Source of the DNA: a virus | Taxonomy: Duplodnaviria > Caudoviricetes | Reading direction: 5' to 3' (one strand) | IMG/VR virus record: IMGVR_UViG_3300033067_001711 | Coordinates: 1 to 42,426 of that record | Length of the DNA: 42,426 nt | Part shown: one piece after another, positions 1-9,061 of the stretch | Numbering within the stretch: position 1 is the first letter of the stretch | Layout of the letters: every line of letters begins with the position of its first letter | Notes under the pieces: generated by a model | Seen by the model: only the letters and a program-made list of their open reading frames with translations | Told to the model about the DNA's origin: nothing | Databases searched by the model: none | Position numbers and translations under genes: made by a program

Positions 1-134
1 AGGTTACCGCCCTTCCAGCCGTCATCCATTTCGGCAGATTGGAGCAGGTAGTCCCGCTTCATCATCTCTGCCTTCATGAGTTCGATAGGAAGATACTCAT
101 TGAGCATGCTTTGAAAATCACGTGAAGTTGCCAT
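1..134 (-). CDS. Major capsid protein, 5' part (continues across the circular junction into 42426..41301)
   Basis: ATG at 134 with a GAGG RBS upstream, directly after the scaffold gene. Reads MATSRDFQSMLNEYLPIELMKAEMMKRDYLLQSAEMDDGWKGGN and joins in frame (CT|G) to LVPFEGQNASSVEFGQLAADTD at the window end. Confidence 0.85.
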   Translation of the reverse strand, partial: MATSRDFQSMLNEYLPIELMKAEMMKRDYLLQSAEMDDGWKGGN

Positions 135-151
135 TTATTAACCTCTTAAGT

Positions 152-1156
152 TTAAAGTTTTGCCGCCATCGCTTTTAAATCAGCGATAGAAGTTGGTTGT
201 TTTTTCACCGGAGAGCGTGCGCTTCCTCCGACGTGCGGAATGATCGGTGCTTTAGCAGGAGCAGCATTTTGTGGCGCTGCCTCTGGGTTAATTACTGCTC
301 CAGCCGATGAAGCGCCCGGGGTTTGGGCTTGCATAAACCGTCCGTACTTCTGGAGCGTCATCTGCACCGCTTTGTCTGCGGGAAGATCCTCTCCTGTACG
401 ATGGTAATGATTCATGGCCTCTTCAATAACTAAGTTTCTAAATGCTCCGCTCTCCCCATAGGCCCGGTCCACTTGTTCCGCTTGTGACGAAACATCGGAA
501 CGAGACAAAATGCTATCCAGCTGCATGCTCCTGGTTTCGGTAGCTAGCTGCTGGTATTGCTTCTGCGTTTCTGCAAGGTCCTGCTCGTAGCGATAGTTCT
601 GCTGACGAACCAGGGCTTGTCTTTCAAACTCAGCTTTCTGTTCGGGTGGAAGATTCCGAAGCTGTAGTTTTTTTTCTACGTAGTTGAAAAGTTCCTCGTC
701 GGGAATCTTCAAACCACCGAAAAAATTGTCCCAATCCTTATTTTTTAAGAGATTGTTAAAATGAGCCATCGCCTTAAGATTAGGTTCAGCCTGCTGGCGA
801 TATCCTTCGAAATCACCTTTTAGCTTGCGCTCATTTTCCTGAAATTTCTCCATAGCGTAAGCCTTCTCATGAAGCTTACGAACCTTTTCTTCCATTTCTT
901 TGTTGGTGATAAGGCTTCTGTAGTGCTCTTCGATCTCCTGCTCTTTACCGAACGCCTTGAACTTAAAGTTAGGCGTGTAGGTAGGCGCGGCGGCAGTATT
1001 AGCAGCCGCATCGGTGCTCGCTGAGGCATTTTGTCCGCCTTCGGCTCCCGAACCTGTATTCTCAGGCGCGGGCGTTGAGGGCGTAGAAGTTGTGGTTGTG
1101 TCACCTGAAGCTGCACCCGTGGATGCCGTTTCCTGTGACGAATTTTCTGTCGTCAT
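152..1156 (-). CDS. Capsid scaffolding protein
   Basis: Lies between portal and capsid. Low-complexity S/T/A/E N-terminus, helical coiled-coil core, and a P/A-rich linker before a basic C-terminal helix. Confidence 0.7.
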   Translation of the reverse strand: MTTENSSQETASTGAASGDTTTTSTPSTPAPENTGSGAEGGQNASASTDAAANTAAAPTYTPNFKFKAFGKEQEIEEHYRSLITNKEMEEKVRKLHEKAYAMEKFQENERKLKGDFEGYRQQAEPNLKAMAHFNNLLKNKDWDNFFGGLKIPDEELFNYVEKKLQLRNLPPEQKAEFERQALVRQQNYRYEQDLAETQKQYQQLATETRSMQLDSILSRSDVSSQAEQVDRAYGESGAFRNLVIEEAMNHYHRTGEDLPADKAVQMTLQKYGRFMQAQTPGASSAGAVINPEAAPQNAAPAKAPIIPHVGGSARSPVKKQPTSIADLKAMAAKL

Positions 1157-1161
1157 GGCAG

Positions 1162-3372
1162 TTATCTCCTACCAGGCATTGGTCCAGCGCCAGGCAGCTG
1201 GGGAGGTGGCACAGGCATCTGCGGATTTGCCGACGCTTGCATCATGGCTCCTTGTTGTTGATCGAACTTACCCGCAATATCTGCGGCCACACTTGTGCCG
1301 AGACCTGCGATCTGTTCCTGTGCTGAGCCCTGATCGGCGAGACGCTTAATAAGCCAGTCTACCGATTCTGCTGGAAGGGTGGCGCGCATCGGGCGCTCGG
1401 GATTCTTCGGGTCGGGTACGTAGTAATCGACCTTGATCCGCGCGCCGCCGGAGGGAATAAACTGGCTCTGCGCCTGTTTGATCTCCTGCTGCTTCTGCGT
1501 CTCGATGTCCTCATAGAGAGAAATCAGAACTTCGTAGTTCTGCTGAATGCTAGGATCTAGCATACTGAAATCGCTCATGCGCTTTCTAGCCGTTAGCCGA
1601 CGAATCATATAAGGAGCGTCGTCATATTTGTTGGGCATCGGCTGTTCACCACGATCAAGCGCTAGAATCATGTTCTGGGCTGAATCGTAGTTAATAGTCA
1701 TGTCGGTGAAGGACTCATCGAAGTTACCAAACGGCATCTGACGCATGAGCTTGCCGATGTCTTCTTTGTCCATCTGGCTTCCCACGTACTGAAGCGCATG
1801 GTTGATCGTTAGCTGACGTCCCATCATCGTAGTGATGTCATCTGTCTGCGGTTCGACCTTGATGTTGTAGGAAAGATCGTTGGTGGTCTTGAACTCGGAG
1901 ATGTTGACCACTTCAGTGCGACCGATCATCGGAATGAGCATGTCGTCCGTGAAATAGCGCCGAGCCAAATCCAGATACGTCGAACATACGCGGCACAAAA
2001 AGCTCTCGAATTTATCGCTGTAGAGCGTGAATTTCTTCTTGTCGTGGACAGAGGCGAACAGCTGGCCAAACGGGTCTGCTGCCATTTCCTTTAGCTGCGT
2101 GTCCTCAGACAGGTTTGCCACCTGATACATCTCGGCAATCTGAGATGCTGCATAAGCTGTGTATTGATCCCCGGCGCGTCCCGCAAGGATCGTGGGAGCA
2201 ACACCAGAAAACTGGATCGAACGAATTCCGGGAAGCTGAACGCCCGTTGTAATTTTGGTACCGGACTGGATTAGGAGCTTGTCGTCTCCGAGCGTTACCT
2301 GGTGCTCGGCGATTTTCGATGCTGCGCGGTTAATCTCCGCCTGATAGGGACGGAGCTGCTTAACGATTGAACGATGGCGAGGAGATGTTTGGATCTCATC
2401 GAAGCCTTCGTAGCAGATCGGGAAGATGCCGAAGGGCAGTTCGCCCTCGAACAGGATTCCACCATCGACCGCTATGTAGAAATACCCTAGCGGGTAGTCC
2501 ACGCACGGCTTGAAGTAGTATTCCTTAAACATGACCTGATTCTCAGACTTTTGGTAATTCTGCTGATTACCGTCGAACACGAGGAACGTGTCGTCCTTCT
2601 GAGCCTTGAGCATTTTCAGCTTATCTTCATCGTTGCCTACGAGCGCTTTCGCCTCTTCAATATCAACCATCTTTCGGATGATCAGAAACTTGCTCTCATC
2701 CATCGATTTAGCAGAAGGGTCTCGGAGCAAGTTGAAGGAAAAGAGCCTCTCAATTATAAGATCGCCCGAGAAGACAGCCTGTCCCGAGGAGATCATTTGC
2801 CCTGACTCGTCTAGGACAGGCTGTCCCATCTCATCTACTTGGGCGCTATAGCCTAGAAATTTTCCAGCATTTGGATTCCAGAAAATCTTTACCGCTACCT
2901 CGCCAAGGTCAATGTAGTCCTTCGCGAGTTTTTGAGTTCGAATTTTAAGGTTCTGCTTGTCACGTCCAAACTGCCACACGGAGTTATTTAGCTCGGCGGC
3001 TTTTACGTCTTGGTTCTCTTTCGGATTTCTGGGAACGATTTTTACCGAAGGAGCGTGCTGAATGATGTTGTTGACGTAGGTTTTGGTGATCTTTTGAATG
3101 TGGTTTTTGGTGAGCCGCATCTTCTGCTCGTTGGATAAATCCTTCGAGTCTCGAATCCGGTTCCAATACTTGGCATTCTTCCGAGTGTAGTGTTCACCTG
3201 CAATAAGCAGAACGTTCGAGCGCTGCTCGGTGAAAATATCCTGATCTGCTTGGTCCGCGCTCTCATAGAGTGCGTTCAGCTCGGCAACGGTATGGCGTTT
3301 AGGTTCCGGAGAGCTGGGCGTCGATGATGGACTGCTCATGCTCAGTGATTGTGCGTCCGCCGGGTCCATCAT
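1162..3372 (-). CDS. Portal protein (podovirus/P22-like size); start codon uncertain (3390, 3372, 3369 or 3339)
   Basis: About 740 aa between TerL and scaffold. Portal-like motifs (N-x-I-x-K at the N-terminus, FPI..Y, LRPYQAEINR) and a Q/P-rich C-terminal tail. Confidence 0.8.
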   Translation of the reverse strand: MMDPADAQSLSMSSPSSTPSSPEPKRHTVAELNALYESADQADQDIFTEQRSNVLLIAGEHYTRKNAKYWNRIRDSKDLSNEQKMRLTKNHIQKITKTYVNNIIQHAPSVKIVPRNPKENQDVKAAELNNSVWQFGRDKQNLKIRTQKLAKDYIDLGEVAVKIFWNPNAGKFLGYSAQVDEMGQPVLDESGQMISSGQAVFSGDLIIERLFSFNLLRDPSAKSMDESKFLIIRKMVDIEEAKALVGNDEDKLKMLKAQKDDTFLVFDGNQQNYQKSENQVMFKEYYFKPCVDYPLGYFYIAVDGGILFEGELPFGIFPICYEGFDEIQTSPRHRSIVKQLRPYQAEINRAASKIAEHQVTLGDDKLLIQSGTKITTGVQLPGIRSIQFSGVAPTILAGRAGDQYTAYAASQIAEMYQVANLSEDTQLKEMAADPFGQLFASVHDKKKFTLYSDKFESFLCRVCSTYLDLARRYFTDDMLIPMIGRTEVVNISEFKTTNDLSYNIKVEPQTDDITTMMGRQLTINHALQYVGSQMDKEDIGKLMRQMPFGNFDESFTDMTINYDSAQNMILALDRGEQPMPNKYDDAPYMIRRLTARKRMSDFSMLDPSIQQNYEVLISLYEDIETQKQQEIKQAQSQFIPSGGARIKVDYYVPDPKNPERPMRATLPAESVDWLIKRLADQGSAQEQIAGLGTSVAADIAGKFDQQQGAMMQASANPQMPVPPPQLPGAGPMPGRR

Positions 3373-3697
3373 CCTCGATTTGCCTTTCAATCATTAGCTG
3401 CTCGTAACGGACCGGATCTTCGATCTGCATTACGGCAAGGTCTCTCTCATCCAAAGCCTCCGAGGCCTGGGTGAGTGCTTCCTTCTCAACTATCTGGGAT
3501 TGAACTTCGGCTTCCTTGGTTTGGCTTGCCGTGGGCATTTCTAAGGAGTCCTTGGTTTGGCCCTTAAAAACTACCTGTAACCCTCCGAGAACCAGCTCGG
3601 AGACCCCGCTCTTCTTACATGCCTCAAGGAGTCTTACGATATCCTTGAGGACTAGTCCCGTTTCGACCACTCGCGGTTCAGGGCTCTTGCGCTTCAT
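3299..3697 (-). CDS. Hypothetical protein between TerL and portal
   Basis: 132-aa ORF overlapping both neighbours on the coding strand. Confidence 0.6.
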   Translation of the reverse strand: MKRKSPEPRVVETGLVLKDIVRLLEACKKSGVSELVLGGLQVVFKGQTKDSLEMPTASQTKEAEVQSQIVEKEALTQASEALDERDLAVMQIEDPVRYEQLMIERQIEDDGPGGRTITEHEQSIIDAQLSGT

Positions 3698-6044
3698 TCC
3701 AGTACTCTAATTCATCCTCAACGGATTGCGACTGCTCGGACTCTTTTGAGCCCATAAACCAGTCACGCCTTTTTTCAGAGTCCGTTTTCGGCACCGCGCC
3801 TTTTATTTCCGCGAATTGATCTCCCCCATCCGAGTGTAACTCAAGATCGGAAAAATCCCAAGGCACCGCATTGGCGGCATACCTTAGCGCATCGCATAGA
3901 TCATCTTTGGCCTTTCGCTTGTCCCCGGTAGCCGAGAGCGAGCGAATTTCCGATATCAACTTTTCTAATTCGGGATCTTCCCGATAAATCTTTAGCATTC
4001 CGCTCTTAAAAAGTGTGTTTAAGAGCGAATATCCGCTGACATGGTCCTTATTTGCCGGGGAAAAGGACTCTCCCTTTGAACTTACGTGCAAAAAGAACTC
4101 TTTTGAAGCCCAGTCATATTTCTGGGCCGTCATCGTAAGCTTTCCTCGAAGCTCTCGGTATTTGGCGAAAATATCCGGCGAGGCAGTGTTGATCCCATCC
4201 CCGCGCCACGCGCGCCACACTCGGCCGTGCTTAAAATCGGGAGAGACGGCAATAAAGACTATGGCCGCCGGGTGCGCCGAGCCTCCGGTCCCCGGATCAA
4301 CGCCCGAGAAATGCTGCCAGTGTTTTGGCGGGGGATGGTATTCACTCGTGTTCCGTGCCACATCGAAAGAGGGGAACATAAGGCCTTCGGTCTTGATGAA
4401 CCGGCCATAAATCCTTCGCTGGACCTCGGCATCGGTGGGACACTTGGCGATGGCCCGCTGGATCTTAGCGTCGGTCCAGTGTGAGTCGGTACCATCAATG
4501 TATTTTTTGCACTCAAAGACCGAGACCGTTTTTTTCCACGCATTTGGATATTTCTCATCACTTGCAGTTGTTGGCTCCATGGTCTGCGCCCAGTAGAGCT
4601 GTCCTATGGTAGCGGTAAAGACCATGTGGAAGTAGCCATCGGAGGCATTTAGCCGGGCCTGCAGCTCGGGAACGAACTCCACCGGCATTTCCTCGTCACA
4701 GTTGTGCGTAAGGAAGTCATTGGCAAAGTAAGTGTGCGCGTCGTCTACGGTGATGCTGTAGACCCTACTTTCCCCGCTGATTGGCGCATTTTTTACCACA
4801 GAATCGCTGCTCGCTATCTTTGCGAGCCAGGAACTTTTTATTGCACCGCTCACAGCGAGTCTCAAACTGCCAAGCCCGGCGGCTACAAATCCGTGAACAA
4901 AAGCGGGTAGTATTTTTCTTAGATGTTCTAGAAAGAAAATCTTTCTTACAGAAGTGGCAAGTGAACGGGAAAGCTTTAGCCTTTTTCCACTCCTCGATTT
5001 TATGAATTCTAGTGTGCTCCGCCCTAGTAAGGCGACATAGATTTTTAAGCGAGTTATCCAGAGGGTTGAAGTTGGCGTGGTGGATAACGTGCCCGCGCCC
5101 GACAGGTTTTCGGTGGTGAGCTTTCCAAATATCGATGTGCAGGCAAGCGCCCGTTCTGGAGCGCCAGTAGTTTCGTACCCTACAGTCCTTGGACCATGCT
5201 TTCCGGGTGTAAATTTCTCCTTGAAAGAGTACCAGATCCGTAAAAGCTCTCTTAGGCATATAGGGGTCTTAAAGCATACATCCCCAGGCCTCAAATCCTT
5301 TGCTTCTACCCATCCCCTATTTGTGAAAAAAGGGTGTTCATCTGTGACCCTAAGGCTCGCTTTTAAGAACTCAAGTTCCCGTACTGGTGCTACACGCGAG
5401 CCGCGCGCTATAACCCTGCGGAATCCTTTATGAGAGAGTACAGAGTCCTCTTCGGTAACGTCCTCGATGTTCTTTTCGCCAAACTCGGTATGAATTTTAG
5501 TGCCCGCAGGAAAGCAAAAAATAGAGTAAACGGTACCAGACTGCAAGTCCTTGATCTTCTGCGAGTAGGTCTTAAAGTAGATCGTAACGCCCGAGTTAAA
5601 CTCGATCTTCTTAATCAATCCCTTGTCATAGAATTCGTTCCACCCATAAATCGGGTGATCTTTGTATTTTCCGCGCGGCAAAAACTGCGGCTCCCACTTC
5701 GTCTCGAACTCGGTCTGCGCGGTATCTCCGGTAGGATAAAAATACCAGAACTGATTGGGCTTCTGACCTGCCATTAATGATGGCCAAAGCTCCTGCCACT
5801 TAGAAGGATCGGTAGCCCAGTCGATTGCCTTGCGAATCTGAGTCGAGGACTTTGAGATTTGGTTCGCGGCGCACAGAAAGTTCTCTCTGTTTCGCGAATC
5901 AAAAAATTCCTTGGCCCACGAGTACCATTTAAATCCGTAGAGGTGCGGAAGCCCTTCCTGCAATTCGAGCTGCGCGCGAAGAATCTCTAGCTCTCGCTTC
6001 TTAAGTGCTAGCTCTTCCTTCTCCGTGAGCTTTTTTTTAGTCAC
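3678..6044 (-). CDS. terL: Terminase large subunit, intein-containing (about 516 aa after splicing)
   Basis: Walker A-like AANQISKS, Walker B YSIF|CDEE split by the intein, motif III FTAT, RNase H-like nuclease GVDPG and C-terminal DDLCDALRYA. Confidence 0.92.
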   Translation of the reverse strand: MTKKKLTEKEELALKKRELEILRAQLELQEGLPHLYGFKWYSWAKEFFDSRNRENFLCAANQISKSSTQIRKAIDWATDPSKWQELWPSLMAGQKPNQFWYFYPTGDTAQTEFETKWEPQFLPRGKYKDHPIYGWNEFYDKGLIKKIEFNSGVTIYFKTYSQKIKDLQSGTVYSIFCFPAGTKIHTEFGEKNIEDVTEEDSVLSHKGFRRVIARGSRVAPVRELEFLKASLRVTDEHPFFTNRGWVEAKDLRPGDVCFKTPICLRELLRIWYSFKEKFTPGKHGPRTVGYETTGAPERALACTSIFGKLTTENLSGAGTLSTTPTSTLWITRLKIYVALLGRSTLEFIKSRSGKRLKLSRSLATSVRKIFFLEHLRKILPAFVHGFVAAGLGSLRLAVSGAIKSSWLAKIASSDSVVKNAPISGESRVYSITVDDAHTYFANDFLTHNCDEEMPVEFVPELQARLNASDGYFHMVFTATIGQLYWAQTMEPTTASDEKYPNAWKKTVSVFECKKYIDGTDSHWTDAKIQRAIAKCPTDAEVQRRIYGRFIKTEGLMFPSFDVARNTSEYHPPPKHWQHFSGVDPGTGGSAHPAAIVFIAVSPDFKHGRVWRAWRGDGINTASPDIFAKYRELRGKLTMTAQKYDWASKEFFLHVSSKGESFSPANKDHVSGYSLLNTLFKSGMLKIYREDPELEKLISEIRSLSATGDKRKAKDDLCDALRYAANAVPWDFSDLELHSDGGDQFAEIKGAVPKTDSEKRRDWFMGSKESEQSQSVEDELEYWNEAQEP
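4701..5516 (-). mobile_element. Intein (272 aa, TerL residues 177-448)
   Basis: Block A CFPAGTKIHT..G.KNIEDV, block B LRVTDEHPFFTNRGWVEAKDLRPGD, block F VYSITVDDAHTYFAN and terminal THN followed by Cys+1. Confidence 0.93.
4765..5259 (-). CDS. HNH homing endonuclease with C-terminal Cys4 zinc-finger repeats, nested out of frame inside the intein
   Basis: LHIDIW...VIHHANFNPLDNSLKNLCRLTRAEHTRIH is an HNH_3-type motif, followed by two CxxC...FCxxxC modules. Has its own ATG and TAG. Confidence 0.85.
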   Translation of the reverse strand: MPKRAFTDLVLFQGEIYTRKAWSKDCRVRNYWRSRTGACLHIDIWKAHHRKPVGRGHVIHHANFNPLDNSLKNLCRLTRAEHTRIHKIEEWKKAKAFPFTCHFCKKDFLSRTSKKNTTRFCSRICSRRAWQFETRCERCNKKFLARKDSEQRFCGKKCANQRGK

Positions 6045-6217
6045 CGAAGCGCCATCTCCGCCTCAACCATATCGATCGGGGTGAGTTTCCCCTCAAGTGC
6101 TTTTGAAAGATGCTCGATCTTTTTCTGCCACTCGGGTGTTCTGAGAATTTTGTCGTTGTAGCCTTTTTTGCGGAGCTTTCTTAGAACCACATATTTCTTT
6201 GAGATTATTTCTTTCAT
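6041..6217 (-). CDS. Small basic hypothetical protein (58 aa, not in ORF track)
   Basis: MKEIISKKYVVLRKLRKKGYNDK...EMALR. ATGA overlap with the upstream gene and GTGA overlap with terL. Confidence 0.65.
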   Translation of the reverse strand: MKEIISKKYVVLRKLRKKGYNDKILRTPEWQKKIEHLSKALEGKLTPIDMVEAEMALR

Positions 6218-6876
6218 TCTGTGTCCTCCGGAGCCGATATCGCGAGCGGCGCGCCTTGAGTCTCTAGTTTACGCCGAAGCTCCAACAGCTCGGCATCGAG
6301 GGCCTCTTTTGTTAGACCCTCTGTGTGCTGGTGCATGTGAACAGATAGATTTTTCTGCTCGATGCGCTGGAGAGGTGAGCCCTTGACCCTAGAGTCTAAG
6401 AATTTGACCGCGGATAAAATAACCGCTGCGTTTTCTTTTATAAAATTTCCCGCCTCCGAAAAGAGGGGCGCTGTGAGCATTTCGCGAACGCGCTCGATCC
6501 CATAGTTGAGCGCCTCTTCGGTGGCGACTTCGTATGATACTGGGGGATGAAGCATCCACGCGTAGACATGCGGACGATCCACTACATCGACATAAAAGTA
6601 GGCCCTAGAGCAGAGATGATCATAGACTGCGGACGGGCTGATGTGGGAGAGGTTTTTCTCATGCGCCACCCGGTATTGGTTCCAGAGGCTCAACTTTAGT
6701 TGCTTTAAAAGAGTGGTTACATTGAAGTGTTGTTCCAGATCAGTCACTGACTGAGTGCAAACTTCAGTTGGCAGCGCGTGAAGCGCTCTAAGGAGCTTCC
6801 CCGTAAGGTATTGCTCAATGGTTTTTCCGAGGTGGTCTTCGGATAGATCTATTTGGGCCTCAACGACTTCGCTCAT
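6214..6876 (-). CDS. Candidate terminase small subunit
   Basis: 220-aa helical protein two genes upstream of terL. Call rests on position; no diagnostic motif. Confidence 0.4.
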   Translation of the reverse strand: MSEVVEAQIDLSEDHLGKTIEQYLTGKLLRALHALPTEVCTQSVTDLEQHFNVTTLLKQLKLSLWNQYRVAHEKNLSHISPSAVYDHLCSRAYFYVDVVDRPHVYAWMLHPPVSYEVATEEALNYGIERVREMLTAPLFSEAGNFIKENAAVILSAVKFLDSRVKGSPLQRIEQKNLSVHMHQHTEGLTKEALDAELLELRRKLETQGAPLAISAPEDTE

Positions 6877-6931
6877 CTACCCTTGATCTTGAAGGAGCTG
6901 GGCTAAAAGTCAACTCGGCGAAAGGCGATCG

Positions 6932-7183
6932 TCAAACAACCCATCTATCGGGGAGCCAGATGCCGCACTGATAAAACCAGTCCTGGACATGCCCTGGGAG
7001 GGGTTCAAAGGGCCTAATTTTGCCCTGTAAGTCGTAGGTGTACCGATTTATAGCGATCAAAAAGTCGATGACAAGCTCGGTGGTCATCTCTTTGCCGTCG
7101 GCATGGTGGGCATACCACTTTTGACCCAGCTTAATGTCGCGGAGTTTTAGTTTCTGAGAAGTAGATGACAAGAACGCCTCCAA
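6932..7183 (-). CDS. Hypothetical protein
   Basis: ORF in a tightly packed leftward cluster. Confidence 0.5.
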   Translation of the reverse strand: MEAFLSSTSQKLKLRDIKLGQKWYAHHADGKEMTTELVIDFLIAINRYTYDLQGKIRPFEPLPGHVQDWFYQCGIWLPDRWVV

Positions 7184-7210
7184 AAAACAAGAGAAGGATA
7201 TGGGCCGCGG

Positions 7211-7435
7211 TCACTTCGTTTTTTCCGCCTCGATCCGCGCTACGACATCTTCGAACTTCTCATCTAGGCTAAGGTATGCAGGCTTCGGAGGTGTTGCGTT
7301 GATGCAAACCTCCACGCGCATTTGCTTGCTATCGGTAAGCAGGTGATTGCTCACATAGAGTATATTCTCGGCCCGAATTGCTATACTAGCGTTTTCAGCG
7401 TCAACATTAGTGCTGTACAGCTTAAAAACTAGCAT
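7211..7435 (-). CDS. Hypothetical protein
   Basis: GGAG RBS; overlaps the upstream ORF. Confidence 0.6.
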   Translation of the reverse strand: MLVFKLYSTNVDAENASIAIRAENILYVSNHLLTDSKQMRVEVCINATPPKPAYLSLDEKFEDVVARIEAEKTK

Positions 7436-7611
7436 TTCTTCTCCCTAAAAAGAGCATTCGGGTCCGTTTGTTTCTCGTTTATGTAGCCATGCTTTTTACA
7501 CCAAACACGAAAATTCTCCTCCCGAATTCTCTGTTTTTCTGTATCAAGAGGCTTTGGCTTCAGCTTTTTCCGCTCAACGGTTGGGCAGGGCCTAGGGAAA
7601 GTGACTCTCAC
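7429..7611 (-). CDS. Hypothetical protein
   Basis: GAGG RBS and GTG start; coupled to neighbours. Confidence 0.5.
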   Translation of the reverse strand: MRVTFPRPCPTVERKKLKPKPLDTEKQRIREENFRVWCKKHGYINEKQTDPNALFREKKC

Positions 7612-7714
7612 TCAAACCTCAGCCATTCAAAGAAGAGCCAGCTCCAATGTGTGTAAAAGCCCGTGCGCTCAAGGCGCTTCGGAAGCAGTCTAAAGGTGCT
7701 GGTGCAGTAGATTC

Positions 7715-7954
7715 TCACTTCCCGCGCGCCTCCTTCTGCTTCTGTACCATAGACAGAAACGGGTTATCGTTCTCTAGTGCTTTCTTTAAAAGCTCTGTGG
7801 GGTACACAAATCCCATAAGATCAATCAAAGCTGCGAACTTCACATATGAAAGCGCGTTCTTTATAAACTTTTTCCTAAGCCTCTTTGTACGAAACTTTCG
7901 CGGGTTAGCCTTGAGCCACCGCTCTGCAATTTCTATCTGTGACGCTTCCATCAT
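7715..7954 (-). CDS. Hypothetical protein
   Basis: ATGA overlap with the upstream ORF. Confidence 0.55.
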   Translation of the reverse strand: MMEASQIEIAERWLKANPRKFRTKRLRKKFIKNALSYVKFAALIDLMGFVYPTELLKKALENDNPFLSMVQKQKEARGK

Positions 7955-8415
7955 TTCCCACCGAGACGACGAAGGACCTCTGCGCGGAGCCTATAAAGTG
8001 CAACTCGCCATAGATTTTCCACGGCAATTTCTTCGCAGGATAAATGCATTTGAATTTCTTGCTCTAGCTGCGGCATCCACTCTTTTTCACTCGGCCAGAC
8101 CGACTCCAGGTGCGCGATGGCGTTCATTGAAAAACACTTTTTAAATCCCGCATCCCAACCGGCTTGGTACACGGCGGCCCTCGATGGCTTCATTGTGTCT
8201 TCTGGTGAGGCGTTGATTCTAGCGTCTAAAGACATTTCTATAAAATCAACATCGCTAATCACCCGAGGACCGGCGGCCAGGAGCGATTGCTCGATGAGAG
8301 CGACGGCTGCGTCCGAATCACACTCGTGCGTGTGGATTTGGTAGCGGAAGGTCTTCATCTTCGCGACGATTTCTTCAGCGGTTTTGCGCGCGGGGTTCAT
8401 ACGTGATCTCCCCAT
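7951..8415 (-). CDS. Hypothetical protein
   Basis: Packed ORF; the start may be the second Met at 8400. Confidence 0.55.
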   Translation of the reverse strand: MGRSRMNPARKTAEEIVAKMKTFRYQIHTHECDSDAAVALIEQSLLAAGPRVISDVDFIEMSLDARINASPEDTMKPSRAAVYQAGWDAGFKKCFSMNAIAHLESVWPSEKEWMPQLEQEIQMHLSCEEIAVENLWRVALYRLRAEVLRRLGGK

Positions 8416-8630
8416 CGAGCGCCTTCTTTGGTGCGCCCTAAAGTCCAGTTTCGCGATACATGCTCCTCAAGGAAAAACTCTTTCGCGCAATGCGGACACT
8501 TGTCGTTCAATCTACCGTCGCCCCAGTAGGTGACGGGAACGTCTTCTGTTTCCCAACCAAGCATCGTATTGCAATGCGGACAGCATATATCGCCCGCGTA
8601 GGTATAATCGTGCCATTCTTGGCTCATCAC
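8397..8630 (-). CDS. Small zinc-ribbon protein
   Basis: Two CPHC motifs (CCPHC...KCPHC). Confidence 0.6.
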   Translation of the reverse strand: MMSQEWHDYTYAGDICCPHCNTMLGWETEDVPVTYWGDGRLNDKCPHCAKEFFLEEHVSRNWTLGRTKEGARWGDHV

Positions 8631-9061
8631 CCCACCCCAAGTTCCGCGAGCTGCGATAGGGCGGCGCGGGCCGTTTGACCATCATCATGACTCCAGTGAC
8701 ATTCACCCGGCTCGTCCGGCGTAGATGCAGCACGAAACAATTTTCCTGGGATTCCTTCTTCGCTGTAATTTTTGTCTTCGCTATAGAACCGCAGCGCCTC
8801 GGCCGCAGTTTCAAGTGCGTCGAGCAGCGTGAGCATTGTGGCGGGGTTCGCGGCGGTGATGTATTCGGCTAAGTCTCTCATCCCCCCATTAACCTGGATG
8901 CATTCCCACGGTCCGTTAGGATGACAAACGGAAATCACTTCGACCGGCCGATTAACAACGGTAGTTCGACCGCCCGCCATATTCCACGGGCCAGAGAAAT
9001 TAGGGCTCATGCTTTCCGCGAGTTTCCGCAGCGCCTTTATGTCGATGGGCTGGGTCGTCAT
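8627..9061 (-). CDS. Ead/Ea22-like phage protein
   Basis: IDIKALRKLAE...GPW...AEYITAANPATMLTLLDALE resembles the Ead/Ea22 N-terminal signature. Confidence 0.65.
   Translation of the reverse strand: MTTQPIDIKALRKLAESMSPNFSGPWNMAGGRTTVVNRPVEVISVCHPNGPWECIQVNGGMRDLAEYITAANPATMLTLLDALETAAEALRFYSEDKNYSEEGIPGKLFRAASTPDEPGECHWSHDDGQTARAALSQLAELGVG

Noticed and set aside
4781-5433. Plus-strand ORFs antisense to the intein
   Set aside because: No motifs or RBS; shadow ORFs, unlike the same-strand HNH ORF.
4701-5516. Group I intron interpretation of the terL insertion
   Set aside because: The insertion is in frame (816 nt), stop-free and has all protein-splicing motifs, which fits an intein.
6886-6913. 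Sigma70-like promoter TTGACT-N16-CAAGAT before the candidate terS
   Set aside because: Weak -10 match and very close to the start codon; cannot be supported without TSS data.
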